From Auanema rhodensis (taxonomy: Eukaryota > Animalia > Nematoda): 64,000 nucleotides of DNA. The position numbers and the translations under genes were made by a program. This document shows positions 1 through 12,996 of the stretch, piece after piece. The DNA lies in contig OZ059900.1 of assembly GCA_964057225.1 (NCBI GenBank), forward strand, positions 20,274,001 to 20,338,000, read 5' to 3'. Under the pieces are notes generated by a model that saw nothing but the letters and a program-made list of their open reading frames with translations, had not been told where the DNA came from and made no database searches. Each line of letters begins with the position of its first letter. Position 1 is the first letter of the stretch.

Positions 1-342
1 GTACAACATCTAGTTCCACTTTCACGACAAAAAAACAGGGGTTAGAAAATTAAGGAAATTAGCATATTCTGAGGGCACGCCCCTTATGGCTAATATTGAT
101 TAAATCGATTTTTGTTCATATGAGTCGTCAAATGCAACGAATTTCAGCGTGTTACATACTAAAATGAAGCATTTTACATGCTGAACACTAGAAAAATACA
201 AAAACACAGTATTTCCCATGAGAAATATTTTATTATGCTGGAAAACCAGTTTTTGGAAATTTCGCTGTAAACAAGGTTTTGACTTACGATTTCATGTGTT
301 CAAACTCATGCAATGTCAATGAAACCTAGCTCAAAATTGTTC
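1..342 (+). repeat. Representative 342-bp monomer (differs from consensus only by A instead of G at p8)
   Basis: The consensus has 116/342 G+C by manual count and many A/T tracts. It carries single RsaI (GTAC p1), ClaI (ATCGAT p104) and NdeI (CATATG p117) sites. Confidence 0.97.
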
Positions 343-2052
343 GTACAACGTCTAGTTCCACTTTCACGACAAAAAAACAGGGGGTAGAAAATTAGGGAAA
401 TTAGCATATTCTGAGGGCACGCCCCTTATGGCTAATATTGATTAAATCGATTTTTGTTCATATGAGTCGTCAAATGCAACGAATTTCAGCGTGTTACATA
501 CTAAAATGAAGCATTTTACATGCTGAACACTAGAAAAATACAAAAACACAGTATTTCCCATGAGAAATATTTTATTATGCTGGAAAACCAGTTTTTGGAA
601 ATTTCGCTGTAAACAAGGTTTTGACTTACGATTTCATGTGTTCAAACTCATGCAATGTCAATGAAACCTAGCTCAAAATTGTTCGTACAACGTCTAGTTC
701 CACTTTCACGACAAAAAAACAGGGGTTAGAAAATTAAGGAAATTAGCATATTCTGAGGGCACGCCCCTTATGGCTAATATTGATTAAATCGATTTTTGTT
801 CATATGAGTCGTCAAATGCAACGAATTTCAGCGTGTTACATACTAAAATGAAGCAATTTACATGCTGAACACTAGAAAAATACAAAAACACAGTATTTCC
901 CATGAGAAATATTTTATTATGCTGGAAAACCAGTTTTTGGAAATTTCGCTGTAAACAAGGTTTTGACTTACGATTTCATGTGTTCAAACTCATGCAATGT
1001 CAATGAAACCTAGCTCAAAATTGTTCGTACAACGTCTAGTTCCACTTTCACGACAAAAAAACAGGGTTTAGAAAATTAAGGAAATTAGCATATTGTGAGG
1101 GCACGCCCCTTATGGCTAATATTGATTAAATCGATTTTTGTTCATATGAGTCGTCAAATGCAACGAATTTCAGCGTGTTACATACTAAAATGAAGCATTT
1201 TACATGCTGAACACTAGAAAAATACAAAAACACAGTATTTCCCATGAGAAATATTTTATTATGCTGGAAAACCAGTTTTTGGAAATTTCGCTGTAAACAA
1301 GGTTTTGACTTACGATTTCATGTGTTCAAACTCATGCAATGTCAATGAAACCTAGCTCAAAATTGTTCGTACAACGTCTAGTTCCACTTTCACGACAAAA
1401 AAACAGGGGTTAGAAAATTAAGGAAATTAGCATATTCTGAGGGCACGCCCCTTATGGCTAATATTGATTAAATCGATTTTTGTTTATATGAGTCGTCAAA
1501 TGCAACGAATTTCAGCGTGTTACATACTAAAATGAAGCATTTTACATGCTGAACACTAGAAAAATACAAAAACACAGTATTTCCCATGAGAAATATTTTA
1601 TTATGCTGGAAAACCAGTTTTTGGAAATTTCGCTGTAAACAAGGTTTTGACTTACGATTTCATGTGTTCAAACTCATGCAATGTCAATGAAACCTAGCTC
1701 AAAATTGTTCGTACAACGTCTAGTTCCACTTTCACGACAAAAAAACAGGGGTTAGAAAATTAAGGAAATTAGCATATTCTGAGGGCACGCCCCTTATGGC
1801 TAATATTGATTAAATCGATTTTTGTTCATATGAGTCGTCAAATGCAACGAATTTCAGCGTGTTACATACTAAAATGAAGCAATTTACATGCTGAACACTA
1901 GAAAAATACAAAAACACAGTATTTCCCATGAGAAATATTTTATTATGCTGGAAAACCAGTTTTTGGAAATTTCGCTGTAAACAAGGTTTTGACTTACGAT
2001 TTCATGTGTTCAAACTCATGCAATGTCAATGAAACCTAGCTCAAAATTGTTC

Positions 2053-5000
2053 GTACAACGTCTAGTTCCACTTTCACGACAAAAAAACAGGGGTTAGAAA
2101 ATTAAGGAAATTAGCATATTCTGAGGGCACGCCCCTTATGGCTAATATTGATTAAATCGATTTTTGTTCATATGAGTCGTCAAATGCAACGAATTTCAGC
2201 GTGTTACATACTAAAATGAAGCATTTTACATGCTGAACACTAGAAAAATACAAAAACACAGTATTTCCCATGAGAAATATTTTATTATGCTGGAAAACCA
2301 GTTTTTGGAAATTTCGCTGTAAACAAGGTTTTGACTTACGATTTCATGTGTTCAAACTCATGCAATGTCAATGAAACCTAGCTCAAAATTGTTCGTACAA
2401 CGTCTAGTTCCACTTTCACGACAAAAAAACAGGGGTTAGAAAATTAAGGAAATTAGCATATTCTGAGGGCACGCCCCTTATGGCTAATATTGATTAAATC
2501 GATTTTTGTTCATATGAGTCGTCAAATGCAACGAATTTCAGCGTGTTACATACTAAAATGAAGCATTTCACATGCTGAACACTAGAAAAATACAAAAACA
2601 CAGTATTTCCCATGAGAAATATTTTATTATGCTGGAAAACCAGTTTTTGGAAATTTCGCTGTAAACAAGGTTTTGACTTACGATTTCATGTGTTCAAACT
2701 CATGCAATGTCAATGAAACCTAGCTCAAAATTGTTCGTACAACGTCTAGTTCCACTTTCACGACAAAAAAACAGGGGTTAGAAAATTAAGGAAATTAGCA
2801 TATTCTGAGGGCACGCCCCTTATGGCTAATATTGATTAAATCGATTTTTGTTCATATGAGTCGTCAAATGCAACGAATTTCAGCGTGTTACATACTAAAA
2901 TGAAGCATTTTACATGCTGAACACTAGAAAAATACAAAAACACAGTATTTCCCATGAGAAATATTTTATTATGCTGGAAAACCAGTTTTTGGAAATTTCG
3001 CTGTAAACAAGGTTTTGACTTACGATTTCATGTGTTCAAACTCATGCAATGTCAATGAAACCTAGCTCAAAATTGTTCGTACAACATCTAGTTCCACTTT
3101 CACGACAAAAAAACAGGGGTTAGAAAATTAAGGAAATTAGCATATTCTGAGGGCACGCCCCTTATGGCTAATATTGATTAAATCGATTTTTGTTCATATG
3201 AGTCGTCAAATGCAACGAATTTCAGCGTGTTACATACTAAAATGAAGCATTTTACATGCTGAACACTAGAAAAATACAAAAACACAGTATTTCCCATGAG
3301 AAATATTTTATTATGCTGGAAAACCAGTTTTTGGAAATTTCGCTGTAAACAAGGTTTTGACTTACGATTTCATGTGTTCAAACTCATGCAATGTCAATGA
3401 AACCTAGCTCGAAATTGTTCGTACAACATCTAGTTCCACTTTCACGACAAAAAAACAGCGGTTAGAAAATTAAGGAAATTAGCATATTCTGAGGGCACGC
3501 CCCTTATGGCTAATATTGATTAAATCGATTTTTGTTCATATGAGTCGTCAAATGCAACGAATTTCAGCGTGTTACATACTAAAATGAAGCATTTTACATG
3601 CTGAACACTAGAAAAATACAAAAACACAGTATTTCCCATGAGAAATATTTTATTATGCTGGAAAACCAGTTTTTGGAAATTTCGCTGTAAACAAGGTTTT
3701 GACTTACGATTTCATGTGTTCAAACTCATGCAATGTCAATGAAACCTAGCTCAAAATTGTTCGTACAACATCTAGTTCCACTTTCACGACAAAAAAACAG
3801 GGGTTAGAAAATTAAGGAAATTAGCATATTCTGAGGGCACGCCCCTTATGGCTAATATTGATTAAATCGATTTTTGTTCATATGAGTCGTCAAATGCAAC
3901 GAATTTCAGCGTGTTACATACTAAAATGAAGCATTTTACATGCTGAACACTAGAAAAATACAAAAACACAGTATTTCCCATGAGAAATATTTTATTATGC
4001 TGGAAAACCAGTTTTTGGAAATTTCGCTGTAAACAAGGTTTTGACTTACGATTTCATGTGTTCAAACTCATGCAATGTCAATGAAACCTAGCTCAAAATT
4101 GTTCGTACAACGTCTAGTTCCACTTTCACGACAAAAAAACAGGGTTTAGAAAATTAAGGAAATTAGCATATTGTGAGGGCACGCCCCTTATGGCTAATAT
4201 TGATTAAATCGATTTTTGTTCATATGAGTCGTCAAATGCAACGAATTTCAGCGTGTTACATACTAAAATGAAGCATTTTACATGCTGAACACTAGAAAAA
4301 TACAAAAACACAGTATTTCCCATGAGAAATATTTTATTATGCTGGAAAACCAGTTTTTGGAAATTTCGCTGTAAACAAGGTTTTGACTTACGATTTCATG
4401 TGTTCAAACTCATGCAATGTCAATGAAACCTAGCTCAAAATTGTTCGTACAACATCTAGTTCCACTTTCACGACAAAAAAACAGCGGTTAGAAAATTAAG
4501 GAAATTAGCATATTCTGAGGGCACGCCCCTTATGGCTAATATTGATTAAATCGATTTTTGTTCATATGAGTCGTCAAATGCAACGAATTTCAGCGTGTTA
4601 CATACTAAAATGAAGCATTTTACATGCTGAACACTAGAAAAATACAAAAACACAGTATTTCCCATGAGAAATATTTTATTATGCTGGAAAACCAGTTTTT
4701 GGAAATTTCGCTGTAAACAAGGTTTTGACTTACGATTTCATGTGTTCAAACTCATGCAATGTCAATGAAACCTAGCTCAAAATTGTTCGTACAACATCTA
4801 GTTCCACTTTCACGACAAAAAAACAGGGGTTAGAAAATTAAGGAAATTAGCATATTCTGAGGGCACGCCCCTTATGGCTAATATTGATTAAATCGATTTT
4901 TGTTCATATGAGTCGTCAAATGCAACGAATTTCAGCGTGTTACATACTAAAATGAAGCATTTTACATGCTGAACACTAGAAAAATACAAAAACACAGTAT

Positions 5001-8000
5001 TTCCCATGAGAAATATTTTATTATGCTGGAAAACCAGTTTTTGGAAATTTCGCTGTAAACAAGGTTTTGACTTACGATTTCATGTGTTCAAACTCATGCA
5101 ATGTCAATGAAACCTAGCTCAAAATTGTTCGTACAACGTCTAGTTCCACTTTCACGACAAAAAAACAGGGGGTAGAAAATTAGGGAAATTAGCATATTCT
5201 GAGGGCACGCCCCTTATGGCTAATATTGATTAAATCGATTTTTGTTCATATGAGTCGTCAAATGCAACGAATTTCAGCGTGTTACATACTAAAATGAAGC
5301 ATTTTACATGCTGAACACTAGAAAAATACAAAAACACAGTATTTCCCATGAGAAATATTTTATTATGCTGGAAAACCAGTTTTTGGAAATTTCGCTGTAA
5401 ACAAGGTTTTGACTTACGATTTCATGTGTTCAAACTCATGCAATGTCAATGAAACCTAGCTCAAAATTGTTCGTACAACGTCTAGTTCCACTTTCACGAC
5501 AAAAAAACAGGGGTTAGAAAATTAAGGAAATTAGCATATTCTGAGGGCACGCCCCTTATGGCTAATATTGATTAAATCGATTTTTGTTCATATGAGTCGT
5601 CAAATGCAACGAATTTCAGCGTGTTACATACTAAAATGAAGCATTTTACATGCTGAACACTAGAAAAATACAAAAACACAGTATTTCCCATGAGAAATAT
5701 TTTATTATGCTGGAAAACCAGTTTTTGGAAATTTCGCTGTAAACAAGGTTTTGACTTACGATTTCATGTGTTCAAACTCATGCAATGTCAATGAAACCTA
5801 GCTCAAAATTGTTCGTACAACATCTAGTTCCACTTTCACGACAAAAAAACAGCGGTTAGAAAATTAAGGAAATTAGCATATTCTGAGGGCACGCCCCTTA
5901 TGGCTAATATTGATTAAATCGATTTTTGTTCATATGAGTCGTCAAATGCAACGAATTTCAGCGTGTTACATACTAAAATGAAGCATTTTACATGCTGAAC
6001 ACTAGAAAAATACAAAAACACAGTATTTCCCATGAGAAATATTTTATTATGCTGGAAAACCAGTTTTTGGAAATTTCGCTGTAAACAAGGTTTTGACTTA
6101 CGATTTCATGTGTTCAAACTCATGCAATGTCAATGAAACCTAGCTCAAAATTGTTCGTACAACGTCTAGTTCCACTTTCACGACAAAAAAACAGGGTTTA
6201 GAAAATTAAGGAAATTAGCATATTGTGAGGGCACGCCCCTTATGGCTAATATTGATTAAATCGATTTTTGTTCATATGAGTCGTCAAATGCAACGAATTT
6301 CAGCGTGTTACATACTAAAATGAAGCATTTTACATGCTGAACACTAGAAAAATACAAAAACACAGTATTTCCCATGAGAAATATTTTATTATGCTGGAAA
6401 ACCAGTTTTTGGAAATTTCGCTGTAAACAAGGTTTTGACTTACGATTTCATGTGTTCAAACTCATGCAATGTCAATGAAACCTAGCTCAAAATTGTTCGT
6501 ACAACGTCTAGTTCCACTTTCACGACAAAAAAACAGGGGTTAGAAAATTAAGGAAATTAGCATATTCTGAGGGCACGCCCCTTATGGCTAATATTGATTA
6601 AATCGATTTTTGTTCATATGAGTCGTCAAATGCAACGAATTTCAGCGTGTTACATACTAAAATGAAGCATTTTACATGCTGAACACTAGAAAAATACAAA
6701 AACACAGTATTTCCCATGAGAAATATTTTATTATGCTGGAAAACCAGTTTTTGGAAATTTCGCTGTAAACAAGGTTTTGACTTACGATTTCATGTGTTCA
6801 AACTCATGCAATGTCAATGAAACCTAGCTCAAAATTGTTCGTACAACGTCTAGTTCCACTTTCACGACAAAAAAACAGGGGTTAGAAAATTAAGGAAATT
6901 AGCATATTCTGAGGGCACGCCCCTTATGGCTAATATTGATTAAATCGATTTTTGTTCATATGAGTCGTCAAATGCAACGAATTTCAGCGTGTTACATACT
7001 AAAATGAAGCATTTCACATGCTGAACACTAGAAAAATACAAAAACACAGTATTTCCCATGAGAAATATTTTATTATGCTGGAAAACCAGTTTTTGGAAAT
7101 TTCGCTGTAAACAAGGTTTTGACTTACGATTTCATGTGTTCAAACTCATGCAATGTCAATGAAACCTAGCTCAAAATTGTTCGTACAACGTCTAGTTCCA
7201 CTTTCACGACAAAAAAACAGGGGTTAGAAAATTAAGGAAATTAGCATATTCTGAGGGCACGCCCCTTATGGCTAATATTGATTAAATCGATTTTTGTTCA
7301 TATGAGTCGTCAAATGCAACGAATTTCAGCGTGTTACATACTAAAATGAAGCATTTTACATGCTGAACACTAGAAAAATACAAAAACACAGTATTTCCCA
7401 TGAGAAATATTTTATTATGCTGGAAAACCAGTTTTTGGAAATTTCGCTGTAAACAAGGTTTTGACTTACGATTTCATGTGTTCAAACTCATGCAATGTCA
7501 ATGAAACCTAGCTCAAAATTGTTCGTACAACATCTAGTTCCACTTTCACGACAAAAAAACAGGGGTTAGAAAATTAAGGAAATTAGCATATTCTGAGGGC
7601 ACGCCCCTTATGGCTAATATTGATTAAATCGATTTTTGTTCATATGAGTCGTCAAATGCAACGAATTTCAGCGTGTTACATACTAAAATGAAGCATTTTA
7701 CATGCTGAACACTAGAAAAATACAAAAACACAGTATTTCCCATGAGAAATATTTTATTATGCTGGAAAACCAGTTTTTGGAAATTTCGCTGTAAACAAGG
7801 TTTTGACTTACGATTTCATGTGTTCAAACTCATGCAATGTCAATGAAACCTAGCTCAAAATTGTTCGTACAACATCTAGTTCCACTTTCACGACAAAAAA
7901 ACAGCGGTTAGAAAATTAAGGAAATTAGCATATTCTGAGGGCACGCCCCTTATGGCTAATATTGATTAAATCGATTTTTGTTCATATGAGTCGTCAAATG

Positions 8001-10944
8001 CAACGAATTTCAGCGTGTTACATACTAAAATGAAGCATTTTACATGCTGAACACTAGAAAAATACAAAAACACAGTATTTCCCATGAGAAATATTTTATT
8101 ATGCTGGAAAACCAGTTTTTGGAAATTTCGCTGTAAACAAGGTTTTGACTTACGATTTCATGTGTTCAAACTCATGCAATGTCAATGAAACCTAGCTCAA
8201 AATTGTTCGTACAACATCTAGTTCCACTTTCACGACAAAAAAACAGGGGTTAGAAAATTAAGGAAATTAGCATATTCTGAGGGCACGCCCCTTATGGCTA
8301 ATATTGATTAAATCGATTTTTGTTCATATGAGTCGTCAAATGCAACGAATTTCAGCGTGTTACATACTAAAATGAAGCATTTTACATGCTGAACACTAGA
8401 AAAATACAAAAACACAGTATTTCCCATGAGAAATATTTTATTATGCTGGAAAACCAGTTTTTGGAAATTTCGCTGTAAACAAGGTTTTGACTTACGATTT
8501 CATGTGTTCAAACTCATGCAATGTCAATGAAACCTAGCTCAAAATTGTTCGTACAACGTCTAGTTCCACTTTCACGACAAAAAAACAGGGTTTAGAAAAT
8601 TAAGGAAATTAGCATATTGTGAGGGCACGCCCCTTATGGCTAATATTGATTAAATCGATTTTTGTTCATATGAGTCGTCAAATGCAACGAATTTCAGCGT
8701 GTTACATACTAAAATGAAGCATTTTACATGCTGAACACTAGAAAAATACAAAAACACAGTATTTCCCATGAGAAATATTTTATTATGCTGGAAAACCAGT
8801 TTTTGGAAATTTCGCTGTAAACAAGGTTTTGACTTACGATTTCATGTGTTCAAACTCATGCAATGTCAATGAAACCTAGCTCAAAATTGTTCGTACAACA
8901 TCTAGTTCCACTTTCACGACAAAAAAACAGCGGTTAGAAAATTAAGGAAATTAGCATATTCTGAGGGCACGCCCCTTATGGCTAATATTGATTAAATCGA
9001 TTTTTGTTCATATGAGTCGTCAAATGCAACGAATTTCAGCGTGTTACATACTAAAATGAAGCATTTTACATGCTGAACACTAGAAAAATACAAAAACACA
9101 GTATTTCCCATGAGAAATATTTTATTATGCTGGAAAACCAGTTTTTGGAAATTTCGCTGTAAACAAGGTTTTGACTTACGATTTCATGTGTTCAAACTCA
9201 TGCAATGTCAATGAAACCTAGCTCAAAATTGTTCGTACAACATCTAGTTCCACTTTCACGACAAAAAAACAGGGGTTAGAAAATTAAGGAAATTAGCATA
9301 TTCTGAGGGCACGCCCCTTATGGCTAATATTGATTAAATCGATTTTTGTTCATATGAGTCGTCAAATGCAACGAATTTCAGCGTGTTACATACTAAAATG
9401 AAGCATTTTACATGCTGAACACTAGAAAAATACAAAAACACAGTATTTCCCATGAGAAATATTTTATTATGCTGGAAAACCAGTTTTTGGAAATTTCGCT
9501 GTAAACAAGGTTTTGACTTACGATTTCATGTGTTCAAACTCATGCAATGTCAATGAAACCTAGCTCAAAATTGTTCGTACAACGTCTAGTTCCACTTTCA
9601 CGACAAAAAAACAGGGGGTAGAAAATTAGGGAAATTAGCATATTCTGAGGGCACGCCCCTTATGGCTAATATTGATTAAATCGATTTTTGTTCATATGAG
9701 TCGTCAAATGCAACGAATTTCAGCGTGTTACATACTAAAATGAAGCATTTTACATGCTGAACACTAGAAAAATACAAAAACACAGTATTTCCCATGAGAA
9801 ATATTTTATTATGCTGGAAAACCAGTTTTTGGAAATTTCGCTGTAAACAAGGTTTTGACTTACGATTTCATGTGTTCAAACTCATGCAATGTCAATGAAA
9901 CCTAGCTCAAAATTGTTCGTACAACGTCTAGTTCCACTTTCACGACAAAAAAACAGGGGTTAGAAAATTAAGGAAATTAGCATATTCTGAGGGCACGCCC
10001 CTTATGGCTAATATTGATTAAATCGATTTTTGTTCATATGAGTCGTCAAATGCAACGAATTTCAGCGTGTTACATACTAAAATGAAGCATTTTACATGCT
10101 GAACACTAGAAAAATACAAAAACACAGTATTTCCCATGAGAAATATTTTATTATGCTGGAAAACCAGTTTTTGGAAATTTCGCTGTAAACAAGGTTTTGA
10201 CTTACGATTTCATGTGTTCAAACTCATGCAATGTCAATGAAACCTAGCTCAAAATTGTTCGTACAACATCTAGTTCCACTTTCACGACAAAAAAACAGCG
10301 GTTAGAAAATTAAGGAAATTAGCATATTCTGAGGGCACGCCCCTTATGGCTAATATTGATTAAATCGATTTTTGTTCATATGAGTCGTCAAATGCAACGA
10401 ATTTCAGCGTGTTACATACTAAAATGAAGCATTTTACATGCTGAACACTAGAAAAATACAAAAACACAGTATTTCCCATGAGAAATATTTTATTATGCTG
10501 GAAAACCAGTTTTTGGAAATTTCGCTGTAAACAAGGTTTTGACTTACGATTTCATGTGTTCAAACTCATGCAATGTCAATGAAACCTAGCTCAAAATTGT
10601 TCGTACAACGTCTAGTTCCACTTTCACGACAAAAAAACAGGGTTTAGAAAATTAAGGAAATTAGCATATTGTGAGGGCACGCCCCTTATGGCTAATATTG
10701 ATTAAATCGATTTTTGTTCATATGAGTCGTCAAATGCAACGAATTTCAGCGTGTTACATACTAAAATGAAGCATTTTACATGCTGAACACTAGAAAAATA
10801 CAAAAACACAGTATTTCCCATGAGAAATATTTTATTATGCTGGAAAACCAGTTTTTGGAAATTTCGCTGTAAACAAGGTTTTGACTTACGATTTCATGTG
10901 TTCAAACTCATGCAATGTCAATGAAACCTAGCTCAAAATTGTTC
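2053..10944 (+). repeat. 13-monomer higher-order tandem duplication (2 x 4446 bp)
   Basis: Monomers 7-19 and 20-32 have the same ordered variant string, including the rare T175C (ATTTCAC) at monomers 8 and 21 only. Confidence 0.9.
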
Positions 10945-12996
10945 GTACAACATCTAGTTCCACTTTCACGACAAAAAAACAGCGGTTAGAAAATTAAGGA
11001 AATTAGCATATTCTGAGGGCACGCCCCTTATGGCTAATATTGATTAAATCGATTTTTGTTCATATGAGTCGTCAAATGCAACGAATTTCAGCGTGTTACA
11101 TACTAAAATGAAGCATTTTACATGCTGAACACTAGAAAAATACAAAAACACAGTATTTCCCATGAGAAATATTTTATTATGCTGGAAAACCAGTTTTTGG
11201 AAATTTCGCTGTAAACAAGGTTTTGACTTACGATTTCATGTGTTCAAACTCATGCAATGTCAATGAAACCTAGCTCAAAATTGTTCGTACAACATCTAGT
11301 TCCACTTTCACGACAAAAAAACAGGGGTTAGAAAATTAAGGAAATTAGCATATTCTGAGGGCACGCCCCTTATGGCTAATATTGATTAAATCGATTTTTG
11401 TTCATATGAGTCGTCAAATGCAACGAATTTCAGCGTGTTACATACTAAAATGAAGCATTTTACATGCTGAACACTAGAAAAATACAAAAACACAGTATTT
11501 CCCATGAGAAATATTTTATTATGCTGGAAAACCAGTTTTTGGAAATTTCGCTGTAAACAAGGTTTTGACTTACGATTTCATGTGTTCAAACTCATGCAAT
11601 GTCAATGAAACCTAGCTCAAAATTGTTCGTACAACGTCTAGTTCCACTTTCACGACAAAAAAACAGGGGGTAGAAAATTAGGGAAATTAGCATATTCTGA
11701 GGGCACGCCCCTTATGGCTAATATTGATTAAATCGATTTTTGTTCATATGAGTCGTCAAATGCAACGAATTTCAGCGTGTTACATACTAAAATGAAGCAT
11801 TTTACATGCTGAACACTAGAAAAATACAAAAACACAGTATTTCCCATGAGAAATATTTTATTATGCTGGAAAACCAGTTTTTGGAAATTTCGCTGTAAAC
11901 AAGGTTTTGACTTACGATTTCATGTGTTCAAACTCATGCAATGTCAATGAAACCTAGCTCAAAATTGTTCGTACAACGTCTAGTTCCACTTTCACGACAA
12001 AAAAACAGGGGTTAGAAAATTAAGGAAATTAGCATATTCTGAGGGCACGCCCCTTATGGCTAATATTGATTAAATCGATTTTTGTTCATATGAGTCGTCA
12101 AATGCAACGAATTTCAGCGTGTTACATACTAAAATGAAGCATTTTACATGCTGAACACTAGAAAAATACAAAAACACAGTATTTCCCATGAGAAATATTT
12201 TATTATGCTGGAAAACCAGTTTTTGGAAATTTCGCTGTAAACAAGGTTTTGACTTACAATTTCATGTGTTCAAACTCATGCAATGTCAATGAAACCTAGC
12301 TCAAAATTGTTCGTACAACATCTAGTTCCACTTTCACGACAAAAAAACAGCGGTTAGAAAATTAAGGAAATTAGCATATTCTGAGGGCACGCCCCTTATG
12401 GCTAATATTGATTAAATCGATTTTTGTTCATATGAGTCGTCAAATGCAACGAATTTCAGCGTGTTACATACTAAAATGAAGCATTTTACATGCTGAACAC
12501 TAGAAAAATACAAAAACACAGTATTTCCCATGAGAAATATTTTATTATGCTGGAAAACCAGTTTTTGGAAATTTCGCTGTAAACAAGGTTTTGACTTACG
12601 ATTTCATGTGTTCAAACTCATGCAATGTTAATGAAACCTAGCTCAAAATTGTTCGTACAACGTCTAGTTCCACTTTCACGACAAAAAAACAGGGTTTAGA
12701 AAATTAAGGAAATTAGCATATTGTGAGGGCACGCCCCTTATGGCTAATATTGATTAAATCGATTTTTGTTCATATGAGTCGTCAAATGCAACGAATTTCA
12801 GCGTGTTACATACTAAAATGAAGCATTTTACATGCTGAACACTAGAAAAATACAAAAACACAGTATTTCCCATGAGAAATATTTTATTATGCTGGAAAAC
12901 CAGTTTTTGGAAATTTCGCTGTAAACAAGGTTTTGACTTACGATTTCATGTGTTCAAACTCATGCAATGTCAATGAAACCTAGCTCAAAATTGTTC
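8893..12996 (+). repeat. 6-monomer higher-order tandem duplication (2 x 2052 bp)
   Basis: Monomers 27-32 and 33-38 share the order [A8+C39],[A8],[G42+G53],[consensus],[A8+C39],[T41+G69]; the second copy carries two extra SNVs. Confidence 0.85.

Noticed and set aside
37-55. Telomere-like words (GGGGTTAG, variant AGGGTTTAG, variant TTAGGG) and possible G-quadruplex
   Set aside because: These are isolated 6-9 bp matches, never tandem, and there are too few closely spaced G3 runs for a canonical G4.
1-342. Primate alpha-satellite dimer (2 x 171 bp)
   Set aside because: The length coincides, but I see only short chance-level resemblance to the alphoid consensus and no canonical CENP-B box. A BLAST search would settle it.
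1-342. 5S rRNA, tRNA or snRNA tandem gene unit
   Set aside because: I recognise no 5S, tRNA cloverleaf or snRNA sequence, nor convincing Pol III A/B/C boxes, on either strand.
326-356. Helitron 3' end (hairpin plus CTAG)
   Set aside because: CTAG sites occur, but the nearby TTGT-TCGT-ACAA hairpin is short and AT-rich, and the GC-rich hairpin is not positioned just upstream of a CTAG terminus. The evidence is insufficient.
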